Sequence record: PZ738962.1 | Reading direction: 5' to 3' (one strand) | DNA length: 64,000 bases | DNA from: a phage | Shown: piece by piece, positions 16,324 to 25,645 of the stretch | Layout of the letters: every line of letters starts with the position of its first letter | Numbering within the stretch: the first letter of the stretch is position 1 | Program-made: the position numbers and the translations under genes | The notes under the pieces: generated by a model | Told to the model about the DNA's origin: nothing | The model's input: the letters and a program-made list of their open reading frames with translations, nothing else | Database searches by the model: none

Positions 16324-16719
16324 TTACTTACTAAATTTCTTTTTGGCTTCGTCTACCGCATGAGATGCCAGTACCGCAGCCGCATGTGCACTTTTATCTG
16401 TGTTGCAGAGAACGCCCAGATAAACATCACGCCAAAGTTTAATCATCTCGTAGATCATATCAATATCATTTTCTTGTTTGTTGGCGATGCTATTCGTCGT
16501 TATCTGGTAAGGTAACGGCTTGATCTGTACTGGTTCCGCCATCGGGCTAATCGGTTTCGGATCAGTCATAATAGGTGCTGTTGTGGGTGGTGTTTTCCAT
16601 ACGTCATTATTCCACGGTTTAATCGTTGTATCGTAAAGTTTATAAGGATTTTTGTCTGGATTAACCATCCAGGCATGATGAGTACCCAAACCATTTGAAG
16701 TGATGCGTCGTTCAGTCAT
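16324..16719 (-). CDS. hypothetical protein (131 aa)
   Basis: ATG with GGAGGGAAAGT upstream; Pro/Thr-rich middle region. Confidence 0.55.
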   Translation of the reverse strand: MTERRITSNGLGTHHAWMVNPDKNPYKLYDTTIKPWNNDVWKTPPTTAPIMTDPKPISPMAEPVQIKPLPYQITTNSIANKQENDIDMIYEMIKLWRDVYLGVLCNTDKSAHAAAVLASHAVDEAKKKFSK

Positions 16720-16915
16720 ACTTTCCCTCCAAAAATTCTTTCATCAAATAGTCTATCGTTGCTCTGTGTTCTGGTGTGTTTGTTATCTCTGCTAACTTAT
16801 TCAGAGATTCAATAGTGATCCGGTTGGCTTCTTCCATAGTCTCAACGACCATTGGCACAATCTTTTTATTGTTGTACACAAATGCAATATAACCGCCTTC
16901 TGGATATTCTTTCAT
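16712..16915 (-). CDS. hypothetical small protein (67 aa from ATG)
   Basis: ATG at 16915 preceded by AAGAAGGG; directly upstream of gene 52 stop. Confidence 0.45.
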   Translation of the reverse strand: MKEYPEGGYIAFVYNNKKIVPMVVETMEEANRITIESLNKLAEITNTPEHRATIDYLMKEFLEGKYD

Positions 16916-16917
16916 AA

Positions 16918-18264
16918 TCAACCCTTCTTAAGTTCTTTAAGATCTTTCTTATATTCCTTCATTGCGGTCGTCTTTGTCCAATACTCATATTCACTATGAT
17001 GTTTATCGGAATCTTTGACCAGTCGATCATACTCTTCTTGAGTAACGCTATACAATGGCATAGAAACTAGCTTATCGGCGTATGGACGCAGTTTTTCATG
17101 TCCATTGATGGATTGCATTACCTCGGCCTTTTTCTTGCCCTGTAGCTCGATTTCGCCCTTAATTACGCGGTCGATAAATTCAGCTTTAGCCATTGCATAA
17201 TTGTATGCTTCCAGTGTTTCCGCTTGCATCAATTCAATGCGTTTATCGACATACCCTAATCGGATTTCGACGAATCGACGGATCAGATCGCTCGCTTTCT
17301 CGAATACTTCAACTAAACCACGTTCATTAACCACTACGATATTCTGGGCTACTAACTGCGTTAGTTTAAAATCCTTCATGATTTGCTCATGTCGAGCGGA
17401 TTCATCTTCGCTTTTGAAATAATCGCGTTTCAGTGTTACTTCAAATCTGAATCCGTCCTTAGAGCAACGGTCATTATACGATACAATCAGATCTTTTTCT
17501 TCCAGTGCATCAAGTACCGCTACATATTCTTCACGGTCGAACTTATAAGGAACTTCTGATATTGTCAGCTTAGTCTTGCCGTTTAGTTCATATGTACCCT
17601 CAAGAATCACACCATCGCGATCATCTCGCGGGATAACTTTACCCGTGAATTTCGGGAATTGAACACTAGGTTCTTTATCCAGTTTTCCGGCAAGTGCTAG
17701 CTCTGTGCATTCAATGAGGCTTTCCAGTGAATGCGGTAAAATGTCAGTTTTATACCCTGTAGCAATACCACTAATACCATTAGCCAATACCATTGGCACA
17801 ACTGGCAAGTAGAACGCTGGCGGGATGTGTTCCAGATCTTCGTGCTTGGGTGCGCAATTCATATCTTTATAGATTTTAAAGAAGTTTTCATGCACGCGAG
17901 CAAAGATATAACGTGCCGCACCTGCTTTCTGGACTAAACGCGATCCGAAGTTACCTTGACCGTCAAGCAGTGGAGTATTATTGCTCCATGTATTCGCCAT
18001 AAGTGATCCGGCTTCTACGGCATTAGTTTCCCCGTGGTGATAACCCAACTCGGCAACACCAGATCCAATATCTGCCATCTTACGGAATTTCTTACGGTCG
18101 CCTTTACTCTTTTGCAAAGCACATTCCATAACAAAGCGTTGCACTGGTTTAAGCCCATCTACTAATTGAGGAATCCCGCGTTCCTCGGCAGAATAGATCG
18201 CATATTCCTTAGCTTCATTATGTACAATGCTTTCAAGGCTGCGGTAAGTAACTGATTTATTCAT
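16918..18264 (-). CDS. 52: DNA topoisomerase II medium subunit gp52 (GyrA-like)
   Basis: GyrA signature DGLKPVQRF and long similarity to T4 gp52 as recalled; start set to ATG at 18264 (GAGGTG upstream) to match T4 N-terminus. Confidence 0.9.
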   Translation of the reverse strand: MNKSVTYRSLESIVHNEAKEYAIYSAEERGIPQLVDGLKPVQRFVMECALQKSKGDRKKFRKMADIGSGVAELGYHHGETNAVEAGSLMANTWSNNTPLLDGQGNFGSRLVQKAGAARYIFARVHENFFKIYKDMNCAPKHEDLEHIPPAFYLPVVPMVLANGISGIATGYKTDILPHSLESLIECTELALAGKLDKEPSVQFPKFTGKVIPRDDRDGVILEGTYELNGKTKLTISEVPYKFDREEYVAVLDALEEKDLIVSYNDRCSKDGFRFEVTLKRDYFKSEDESARHEQIMKDFKLTQLVAQNIVVVNERGLVEVFEKASDLIRRFVEIRLGYVDKRIELMQAETLEAYNYAMAKAEFIDRVIKGEIELQGKKKAEVMQSINGHEKLRPYADKLVSMPLYSVTQEEYDRLVKDSDKHHSEYEYWTKTTAMKEYKKDLKELKKG

Positions 18265-18271
18265 CTTCACC

Positions 18272-18634
18272 TCATACACGCTTACAAATCACATTCTTTA
18301 CTTTATCAGATTTATCAGCCCAATCCAATAGCCATTTTAACGGAAGGATTGACACAATAAACGGGGCAGCAATCAAAGCAAACATGATACACCTGATAAT
18401 CAGGAAAACGCAAGTGACAAAACTAGCGATAGTGATCCCGACAAAACAAAATACCATAGAAAACAGAGTAATGATATAGAAAGGCCAGAATACCCACTCC
18501 CGCATCTTAACGCCTTTGTATTCTCTGAATTGCTTAAAATCTACAAACAACTCTCGGATAGACGCGTACAGGACAGAAAAATCATCTTTCATTGCTCTGA
18601 ATGAGCAATCTTCTATTTTAGAATGACCTAGCAT
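18272..18634 (-). CDS. hypothetical membrane protein (120 aa)
   Basis: two long hydrophobic segments (WVFWPFYIITLFSMVFCFVGITIASFVTCVFLII, FALIAAPFIVSILPL). Confidence 0.5.
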   Translation of the reverse strand: MLGHSKIEDCSFRAMKDDFSVLYASIRELFVDFKQFREYKGVKMREWVFWPFYIITLFSMVFCFVGITIASFVTCVFLIIRCIMFALIAAPFIVSILPLKWLLDWADKSDKVKNVICKRV

Positions 18635-18636
18635 TA

Positions 18637-18930
18637 TTAACCGCCTTTAACCATTGATACAGGAATTGTTTTCTGATTTGTGTATAAGTGGCCTACTTCA
18701 ATTTTTTCTTGAATCACCACGACGTTACAATATCCACTGTCTTTAAGTTTTCTGATAATGACTCGCTTTTGTTCGTCGGTGATAGGATTGACTGTTCTCA
18801 CCAATTCACCGCAAATAATAGCACCATCTTTACAATTACCAGTAACTTTCATGCTACGACCGTGAACAACAACCACGTCACCGTAAATCACATTTTCGTC
18901 GTCATATTTGGTAATAACCGTGACCGTCAT
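18637..18930 (-). CDS. hypothetical protein (97 aa)
   Basis: ATG with AGAGGGAATACATT upstream. Confidence 0.5.
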   Translation of the reverse strand: MTVTVITKYDDENVIYGDVVVVHGRSMKVTGNCKDGAIICGELVRTVNPITDEQKRVIIRKLKDSGYCNVVVIQEKIEVGHLYTNQKTIPVSMVKGG

Positions 18931-18949
18931 AATGTATTCCCTCTAAGAA

Positions 18950-18968
18950 AGGCCGCGCAAAGCGGCCT
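18950..18968 (-). terminator. stem-loop / terminator (minus strand) between 18976..19302 and 18637..18930
   Basis: AGGCCGC-GCAAA-GCGGCCT followed by UUUCUUA on minus strand. Confidence 0.5.
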
Positions 18969-18975
18969 ATGTTGA

Positions 18976-19302
18976 TTATTGTTCTACAGTATAACCGTTG
19001 TTTTCAAGCCATGCAATAACAATCTTCTCACCAATTTCATCGAGCATTTCATCAGATCCATATTCTTTGATGAAAATCGATGGATCGTTATTGCTTACTA
19101 CGTGCTGAATCACAACATGTTCAGGAATTGCGTCTAGTAGTTCGCTATGATCATACTCATTAACGATATCTTCAACACTAACATTATTAACCAAATCAAC
19201 ATCATCCATAGTCACAGTAACGCGACCGGACGGACGCAATGAATATTGGCTACTTTCAACTTCAACATGTGCACTTTCGCAAGTAACTTTCATATCAACC
19301 AT
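18976..19302 (-). CDS. hypothetical highly acidic protein (108 aa from ATG)
   Basis: ATG at 19302 preceded by CAGAGGAATTGATT; strongly Asp/Glu-rich. Confidence 0.5.
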   Translation of the reverse strand: MVDMKVTCESAHVEVESSQYSLRPSGRVTVTMDDVDLVNNVSVEDIVNEYDHSELLDAIPEHVVIQHVVSNNDPSIFIKEYGSDEMLDEIGEKIVIAWLENNGYTVEQ

Positions 19303-19316
19303 AATCAATTCCTCTG

Positions 19317-20309
19317 TTAGTAATGGCTAAAACCTTCGGTCACATCTTCAACCACATAGTAACGATGACAGCGCATTTTGGCATTTGCATAATCTTTCGG
19401 GATACTTACAACGTGACGCGGATCAACTTTGCATTTAATGATTCGGCCTCGTCCACCGCCATAGTGCGGAATATAGTGTTTCGCTGCAACGTGGAGGCCA
19501 TTAGAGCAAGTGCGATCATCATCTGGGTCCACGTCTTTACGCTTCATTTTAACCGTGCGACCTGGGCTATTATCAAACGTATGCGTAAAGAAATCTTTAT
19601 AATCAACATCAACACGTTTCCATGCATAGAAACAACCATCTTCCACGATCTCAATGTCGTTGTGCTCTAAGAAGTCAAATAGACGATCTACGGCCTTACG
19701 GCTAGGGTTTTTCTTGCACTTCTCAAAGAAGTTCAGATAGTGCGTATATGGCTTATTCTCTTTAATCGACTCCACAACTCGACGAGTCAGATTATTATCA
19801 AGAACAATATTATGATAATACACAATACCATTTTCGATACGGAAAGCGCCGTGATAATATACTTCAACCGCTTTCTTAATGTCAATCAGCGTAATTGCTT
19901 TAATAAAATCATTCTGCTTAATTGCTTCCAGTGCTTCATTAAAGTTAACATGTGATGGATCAGCAGTATAAACAATGTCACCACATGTAATAGTAATAAA
20001 CTTAGTTGAGGCTATGGCTACGATTTTTGAGGAAGTAGTCACGGGCTTTTTTGCGCGTTCACCGCCTTTTCCTTTACTGGTTTTACGGCGTGCTTTACGT
20101 TTTTCTAGTGCCTTGCGACCTTCCGCTACTGCGTCTTTCTGAATCAGTAATACACGGGAGGCAGTACGACGAGATACCCCAAATGCTGCCGCAAGTGCTT
20201 CGCGGGTAGTAAACTTACCTTCGCCCCACTGTTTAGCCAGTTTGATTTGTTTTTCAGAATCCAGGCATTGAACGTTACGGTCAGAGACGGTGATTTTTGC
20301 TTTAGTCAT
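19317..20309 (-). CDS. rIIB: rIIB protein
   Basis: strong similarity to T4 rIIB as recalled (DRLFDFLEHNDIEIVEDGCFYAWK, TFDNSPG, CSNGLHV, VDPRHVVSIP); N-terminal HTH; start at ATG 20309 (AGAGGA upstream). Confidence 0.9.
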   Translation of the reverse strand: MTKAKITVSDRNVQCLDSEKQIKLAKQWGEGKFTTREALAAAFGVSRRTASRVLLIQKDAVAEGRKALEKRKARRKTSKGKGGERAKKPVTTSSKIVAIASTKFITITCGDIVYTADPSHVNFNEALEAIKQNDFIKAITLIDIKKAVEVYYHGAFRIENGIVYYHNIVLDNNLTRRVVESIKENKPYTHYLNFFEKCKKNPSRKAVDRLFDFLEHNDIEIVEDGCFYAWKRVDVDYKDFFTHTFDNSPGRTVKMKRKDVDPDDDRTCSNGLHVAAKHYIPHYGGGRGRIIKCKVDPRHVVSIPKDYANAKMRCHRYYVVEDVTEGFSHY

Positions 20310-20371
20310 AGTATTCATTCCTCTATTAGTTGGGCGACTATCGCCGCCCGATTCACATCATTATACCAGAA

Positions 20372-20503
20372 TTATTTTGCTTCTACAACCTTGCGGATTG
20401 TGCGGTCTGATACATTATAGATTCGTGCCAGTTCGCCTTTAGTCAAGCCGCGAGCGTATTGTTTACGGATGGTTTCTTTCTGGATAGCGGTCAGTTTAGT
20501 CAT
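20372..20503 (-). CDS. small HTH protein (43 aa) resembling the rIIB N-terminal region
   Basis: MTKLTAIQKETIRKQYARGLTKGELARIYNVSDRTIRKVVEAK; AAGAGGTG SD; below track length cutoff; HTH pattern parallels rIIB residues about 20-55. Confidence 0.5.
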   Translation of the reverse strand: MTKLTAIQKETIRKQYARGLTKGELARIYNVSDRTIRKVVEAK

Positions 20504-20514
20504 AATATCACCTC

Positions 20515-22623
20515 TTAAAATTTAACATTCTTAACCAGTTTCATAAAGTCTTGTGCGCGTTTGTCGTTATGCAGAATACGATACCAGTTATCTACAATAT
20601 CATACAGTAACGGGCTATTCTCTTTAAACTTCGCACAAACTGCTTTAATTCGTTCGTTTGCTGCCGTGAATTTTTCATCACAAATCTTTTTAGTTTCTTC
20701 GTCCATAATCCAACGGGTGTGAAGGAGTAACTTGGAAACCACTTTATTATAATGACGACCGTACAGTCTGTCAATAAATTCTGGAACACAGCGTTCTAGT
20801 TCATCGTCATGAAACAACATAGTGATCACACCCAGATATTCGCCATACCCCAGATGATTGGTCTTAACCTTCTTAGCCAGACCAGCCAGCTTACCGCGAA
20901 CAAATTCTAGCGCACATTCCAATTGTTCGTCAACGAGATATTTTTGTGTCTCGTTTCGAGTAATAATATACTTTGTTACCCCGAAGTAGTCAAGCGCCGT
21001 GTGTAATGTATTTTCACTATGGATCGATTTACGACTACGGCTTTCGAATGCATCACCTACGCGGAACATGTGCAAGCCTGATAACTCGCGAATCTCTGCT
21101 GCTTTCATGTGATGGCTGGTTTTATGCCAACTGTCACCAATCTTTTCCATAATATACACGTTAGGCAGCTTGGGAGTAGCTTCACGTTGTGTACGCTCGG
21201 TCTTCTCCGGTTTAACTGCTTTAGCACGCAGATCATCGGCCTCGGACACTTTAATCACGGTCATTTCAGATTCATCATAATACTGTTTGATGTACTCGAA
21301 AGTCTCCATATGTTTTTCGTTGCGCTGACGGAACACCAGTACCTTTTTATTGATTCCGTATTCCTGGACCATGCCGTTAAGAGTCAGTGCACGCAGTTTC
21401 GGTTTATCGGTATCATCAATAAGACACGTAATATCTTCTTTATGCATCCATACAAAATGCGTAATGTTGTATTGACTGCTAACGAAAGCAGGGCGCAATT
21501 TACTGATTGTGTGACGAGTACGATACAGAGTATACACCTGACCTTCTACGTCATTAGGCGAATCTTTACCAGCATTCACAAACTTATTATAGATTGCTAC
21601 CGGATCATCCCATTGTCCGATCTTACCCATCTTGCTAATAATATTGCGTTGAGTCGATGAATACTCGCTCATAAATTGCGCAAGTTTACGCTCTGTTTTA
21701 ATGTTGGCGATCTTCTCTTTGACCTTTTCCAACATCATTTCATTGATTTCTGCAATGCGTTTTTCGATGTTCGCTTTAGTCTCAATTGACAAGTGAACTT
21801 CTTCACGCGATGGCATCAGGTCCAGATCACCCAACTCAAAATTAATGTAAATGGTCTGGTGCTGGCGGTTTACAGCTTCTAACCATGTTCCGCGAACATA
21901 TTCATACGGGATCGGATACTGAATCTTACCCATGATTGCATATACTACATAGGAATCGTTATCACGCCCATTACAAACATAATAATTATCAAAGCTAGGG
22001 AAATAATTAATTTCGATTGCATTGATATTAGGTTTGTGTTCCCCAAAATGACGCAGTACAAATTGCGCTTCTCGATGCCATGTCTGAATATCTTTTTCTT
22101 TCACCGGAATAGTGATTTTCAGACCATTGTCTTCATAGGTCGGTTCGTCGAAAATCTGCACCATTTTCGGCATAGAGTTTTGCACAAATGCCGTAAAGCC
22201 ATAAGCGCGACCATTGTAGTAGTTTACGATTGTAAAGGTGTCGGTGTAGCTATAAGCAGATTTCGCACCCAAACCAAAAGATCCGATATAATCATTAGTT
22301 TGGTCTTTTGTTGATTCAAAGTAAACCGTAAACAGTTGTTCTAATTCTTTCTTAGACGGAATACCAGTACCATAATCACGCACAGAAAAATACGGTTCGA
22401 TTGCAGTTGGTAAATGAATATCAAACGGACGATCTAAGGTTCCGGCTTCTTTGTGAGTGTCGGTAGCATTGCACGAATACTCACGGACGCAAGCACGTTC
22501 ACAATATTGATAAGTGTTCTTAGAAAGCACCATAAAAGCCTTGCTACTTGCTTTCAGTGAAAAATCAACCGCACCGCTCAAGTCACTGCCAAATACTTCT
22601 TCATTATCAATATGCATTTTCAT
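20515..22623 (-). CDS. rIIA: rIIA protein (GHKL-type ATPase fold)
   Basis: 702 aa; N-terminal ATPase-like motifs (DYGTGIP, GSFGLGAKSAYSYTDTFTI) and size/position as for T4 rIIA. Confidence 0.85.
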   Translation of the reverse strand: MKMHIDNEEVFGSDLSGAVDFSLKASSKAFMVLSKNTYQYCERACVREYSCNATDTHKEAGTLDRPFDIHLPTAIEPYFSVRDYGTGIPSKKELEQLFTVYFESTKDQTNDYIGSFGLGAKSAYSYTDTFTIVNYYNGRAYGFTAFVQNSMPKMVQIFDEPTYEDNGLKITIPVKEKDIQTWHREAQFVLRHFGEHKPNINAIEINYFPSFDNYYVCNGRDNDSYVVYAIMGKIQYPIPYEYVRGTWLEAVNRQHQTIYINFELGDLDLMPSREEVHLSIETKANIEKRIAEINEMMLEKVKEKIANIKTERKLAQFMSEYSSTQRNIISKMGKIGQWDDPVAIYNKFVNAGKDSPNDVEGQVYTLYRTRHTISKLRPAFVSSQYNITHFVWMHKEDITCLIDDTDKPKLRALTLNGMVQEYGINKKVLVFRQRNEKHMETFEYIKQYYDESEMTVIKVSEADDLRAKAVKPEKTERTQREATPKLPNVYIMEKIGDSWHKTSHHMKAAEIRELSGLHMFRVGDAFESRSRKSIHSENTLHTALDYFGVTKYIITRNETQKYLVDEQLECALEFVRGKLAGLAKKVKTNHLGYGEYLGVITMLFHDDELERCVPEFIDRLYGRHYNKVVSKLLLHTRWIMDEETKKICDEKFTAANERIKAVCAKFKENSPLLYDIVDNWYRILHNDKRAQDFMKLVKNVKF

Positions 22624-22637
22624 AATATAATCCTCAC

Positions 22638-22895
22638 TTAATTAAAATCTTCTTTGTCCATCTCTGCGTAGATTACATCCCACGCCCATAAATCAATAAA
22701 CGCATTATATGTCACGGTGCAATCGTTGTCAATCACTTCTTTCGCATATTTCTTGATGTTTTCGTAGGAAACTTGCGGGTCAATTTTGTGTTTACGAAGG
22801 TGCGCATATTCATATCTCAGACATTTCATAAACAGGTCCATCGATTTCTTTTCTCGATGACACTTGGCGATCATAAAATCAAAACTTCGACTCAT
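22638..22895 (-). CDS. hypothetical protein (85 aa)
   Basis: ATG with AAGGAG upstream. Confidence 0.5.
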   Translation of the reverse strand: MSRSFDFMIAKCHREKKSMDLFMKCLRYEYAHLRKHKIDPQVSYENIKKYAKEVIDNDCTVTYNAFIDLWAWDVIYAEMDKEDFN

Positions 22896-22906
22896 TTTTC
22901 TACTCC

Positions 22907-23101
22907 TTATACATTTTCAATTACCCATTGCAGATGGGCTTCTGCGTCAACCAGTTCAGCGCGGCTTTTCTCTAAGCACTTGCTGTATTCTTTACGTTCC
23001 CACTCGGCAATTTCGTTTTTCAGGACTTCTTCATAGTAAGCAATTACGCCTTTCAGGTCTGAAACTTTACGGCTTGCCAATTCGATGTAATGGTTACGCA
23101 T
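22907..23101 (-). CDS. hypothetical small protein (64 aa)
   Basis: ATG preceded by GGAGAATCAAA leader. Confidence 0.5.
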   Translation of the reverse strand: MRNHYIELASRKVSDLKGVIAYYEEVLKNEIAEWERKEYSKCLEKSRAELVDAEAHLQWVIENV

Positions 23102-23288
23102 TTTGATTCTCCTTTGTTACTAGATAACGAATTTGGTCTTGTATTGCGATCAGTTCCCAGCGTGCTACTTTCATCATGGAAACTGACTCTTTGAACATAA
23201 TATTAGCTTTTTCCTTCTCCCCTGTCAAGTAGAGTTCTGCAATTTTTTCACAAAATTTTTGAGTTTCTTCATTCTTAAACGGTTTCAT
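23094..23288 (-). CDS. hypothetical small protein (64 aa from ATG)
   Basis: ATG at 23288 downstream of PeSL promoter; track start at 23297 is TTG. Confidence 0.45.
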   Translation of the reverse strand: MKPFKNEETQKFCEKIAELYLTGEKEKANIMFKESVSMMKVARWELIAIQDQIRYLVTKENQNA

Positions 23289-23318
23289 ATAAGTCAACCT
23301 TTTGTTTTCGATGGGGAC

Positions 23319-23347
23319 ATTATGATATATCCCCGATCCAGTGTCAA
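23319..23347 (-). promoter_or_regulatory. PeSL-type early promoter (TTGACA-N17-CATAAT) with GGGGA.../...TCCCC stem-loop
   Basis: TTGACA, 17-bp spacer, CATAAT; inverted repeat GGGGATATATCATAATGTCCCC. Confidence 0.55.
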
Positions 23348-23354
23348 CAGATTT

Positions 23355-23654
23355 TTAATCTTTTTTCAGTGCATCCATTACTCGCTCTGCGATCAGTTCT
23401 CGTAAGCACTGATAACCATGATATTTGATGGCAATGTCACGCAGATCATTAACCAGTTCCCGTACTTCATGGTCTTTCAGATCGTCTCTGTATTTCGATT
23501 TAACCGTGTCTTTAGGTGGATTGTGGATAACCTGAAAACCTTGTTCTGCAATCACTGCGGCTTCTCGCTGGCGTTCATGCTGTACTGTATTTTTGATCAG
23601 GTCTGCTTCCATGAACTTTGCCATACTCATCATCATGTTATTCTTTTTGCTCAT
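23355..23654 (-). CDS. hypothetical protein (99 aa)
   Basis: ATG with GAGGATTTAATA upstream. Confidence 0.5.
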   Translation of the reverse strand: MSKKNNMMMSMAKFMEADLIKNTVQHERQREAAVIAEQGFQVIHNPPKDTVKSKYRDDLKDHEVRELVNDLRDIAIKYHGYQCLRELIAERVMDALKKD

Positions 23655-23686
23655 TATTAAATCCTCATAAAAGAAAGGGAGACTCC

Positions 23687-23715
23687 CATTATAGAGAATC
23701 TCCCTTGTATGTCAA
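23687..23715 (-). promoter_or_regulatory. PeSL-type early promoter (TTGACA-N17-ATAATG) with GGGAGA.../...TCTCCC stem-loop
   Basis: overlaps the stop of gene 39; inverted repeat GGGAGATTCTCTATAATGGGAGTCTCCC. Confidence 0.5.
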
Positions 23716-23718
23716 GTG

Positions 23719-25542
23719 TTATGATTGCATCCAAATTTTGCGTTGATCTGCATCTTCACTATAGAGCAAATCGAATAGCTCTTTATAGTTTTCCGGTAAC
23801 GTGATGATTTCCATTACAGGATCGTTGATCACGCGATGATAATCTGATTCTGTAAGCGATGCTAACCCTTTGATATATCGAATGTTGTAACCTTTGATAT
23901 TATCGCGATCGTTCTCGAAATCTTCTAGGTCATAATACCATCGAACATCATCACCTTTCTTTGGTTCAGCAATGATAATAGGTGTTTTGATAAACCGGAT
24001 TCGTCCATCTTCGAACAATTCAGGCCAACGAGCAAAGAAAGAGATCAGACTAGGTTTAATAGACCCGATGCCGTCAGTATCAGCGTCAGTCATAATCGCA
24101 ATATTTTTGTATTGCATAACTTCCAGCGCATCAACACCAAATTGCAAACCAGTGATCGCCATGATGTTAAAAATTTCGGCGTTCTTAACGATCTTTGCCT
24201 CCGGTTGTTCCCACGTTGTAAGAGTTTTGCCTCGCAACGGGAAACCTCCATGTAAATCTTGATCACGTACAGAGATCAGATAGTTGATCGCGGAATCACC
24301 TTCCGTCAAAAACAGGGTAGTTTCTGCGTCAGTTCCAATAAGGTTAGCTTTAACGTGTTTTGCCACCTTAGCCCGTTTCGCTGCCTTTGCTGCCTTAGTC
24401 GCTGCCGCTTTATCTGCTGCCTCTTTGCGTGCCAGGACTACAGCAATAATAGGCATGATAATGTTTTCTTTCTTAGCAATGACTTTAGCCAGCTTTTTAA
24501 AATCAAGATCAATATGACGCTTGATATCACCAGTTGGATTAGTCAATCGTTCTTTTGTCTGTGAATCAAAACGAAGGTTAGGCAATTCACGAACAATCAA
24601 AATACAGGTCAATCCAGACTTAACCGCAGCTTTAGTAACATCAACCTTATATTCTTTCTTGATTCGTTTTACAATCTCTTCACAAAGATCATCTGTCACG
24701 TAGTCTACGTGTGTTCCCCCGTTTTTGGTAAACAGACCATTAGCAAATGATACTGATTTAAAACCTTCACCTTCAACCGCAGGAACTAGGGCAAGTGAAA
24801 AGTTTTTATCTTCAATGACAAACGGATCATCATTGTATAGTTTAGCATAATCCTTGAACTTACTAACAATACGTTTACCATTAAACTTAAACGTGATCTT
24901 AGGAAAGATTACGCTCAATGATTGCAGACGATCATGAACAATATCTAAAACAGAGTTGTCCATCATATAACCTTCGAAGTGGTCGAAGTCTGGACAAAAT
25001 GTAACCTTCGTTCCCTTCAATTTTGATGGTTTTGATGACCATGTGATATTTTCAGCCCCGTTTGTGCATTGAACGGTCATTTCTGTTTCACCGTCACAGG
25101 TCACACCAGTAAACCAATCGCTAAAGAAATTTGACAACGACGACCCCACACCGTTCATCCCTTGCGTTAATCGATTGGTATCATCAAAGTTAGACCCTGC
25201 TTTTGTTCGTGTCCATGCGGCCACAGGTTGCGGAATCTGCGTACCCTCTGGGGTAGTAACCATATGTTGAGGAATACCGCGACCGTTGTCTGTTACCGTA
25301 ACAATATTGTTTTGGATATCGACGCTAATCACATTGGCAAATTCAAAATTAGTGCGAATCGCCTCGTCTACAGAGTTGTCGATGATCTCATCAATGATTT
25401 TAACCAGTCCTGGAACATATGAAATTTTTGTCCATTTACCGAACAGGAAACGTTGATGTTCTTCGTAAGTTGTTGATCCTATATACATTCCTGCACGCTT
25501 AAGGACATGTTCACGATCAGATAAAATGCGAAACTCACTCAT
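23719..25542 (-). CDS. 39: DNA topoisomerase II large subunit (GyrB-like; gp39 with gp60-equivalent region fused)
   Basis: 607 aa; GyrB ATPase and TOPRIM-like motifs; single uninterrupted ORF. Confidence 0.9.
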   Translation of the reverse strand: MSEFRILSDREHVLKRAGMYIGSTTYEEHQRFLFGKWTKISYVPGLVKIIDEIIDNSVDEAIRTNFEFANVISVDIQNNIVTVTDNGRGIPQHMVTTPEGTQIPQPVAAWTRTKAGSNFDDTNRLTQGMNGVGSSLSNFFSDWFTGVTCDGETEMTVQCTNGAENITWSSKPSKLKGTKVTFCPDFDHFEGYMMDNSVLDIVHDRLQSLSVIFPKITFKFNGKRIVSKFKDYAKLYNDDPFVIEDKNFSLALVPAVEGEGFKSVSFANGLFTKNGGTHVDYVTDDLCEEIVKRIKKEYKVDVTKAAVKSGLTCILIVRELPNLRFDSQTKERLTNPTGDIKRHIDLDFKKLAKVIAKKENIIMPIIAVVLARKEAADKAAATKAAKAAKRAKVAKHVKANLIGTDAETTLFLTEGDSAINYLISVRDQDLHGGFPLRGKTLTTWEQPEAKIVKNAEIFNIMAITGLQFGVDALEVMQYKNIAIMTDADTDGIGSIKPSLISFFARWPELFEDGRIRFIKTPIIIAEPKKGDDVRWYYDLEDFENDRDNIKGYNIRYIKGLASLTESDYHRVINDPVMEIITLPENYKELFDLLYSEDADQRKIWMQS

Positions 25543-25645
25543 TATTAAACCTCTTCATAACATAACCATAACTTACTGCAACCGCCACAAAGACGGCTGC
25601 AACAATCATATTAAAAATTGAGTGATTGTCAAGTATATGACTCAT
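25535..25645 (-). CDS. possible 36-aa hydrophobic peptide gene overlapping gene 39 start
   Basis: MSHILDNHSIFNMIVAAVFVAVAVSYGYVMKRFNNE; start overlaps upstream stop as ATGA; below track cutoff; could be non-coding. Confidence 0.3.
   Translation of the reverse strand: MSHILDNHSIFNMIVAAVFVAVAVSYGYVMKRFNNE
25605..25632 (-). promoter_or_regulatory. candidate sigma70-like promoter upstream of gene 39 (TTGACA-N16-TATGAT)
   Basis: TTGACA with 16-bp spacer to TATGAT. Confidence 0.35.

Noticed and set aside
12037-16915. AsiA and MotA homologues among the small ORFs between t and 52
   Set aside because: None of the ORFs matches the AsiA or MotA sequences as I recall them, and sizes do not fit MotA; distant homology cannot be excluded without profile searches.
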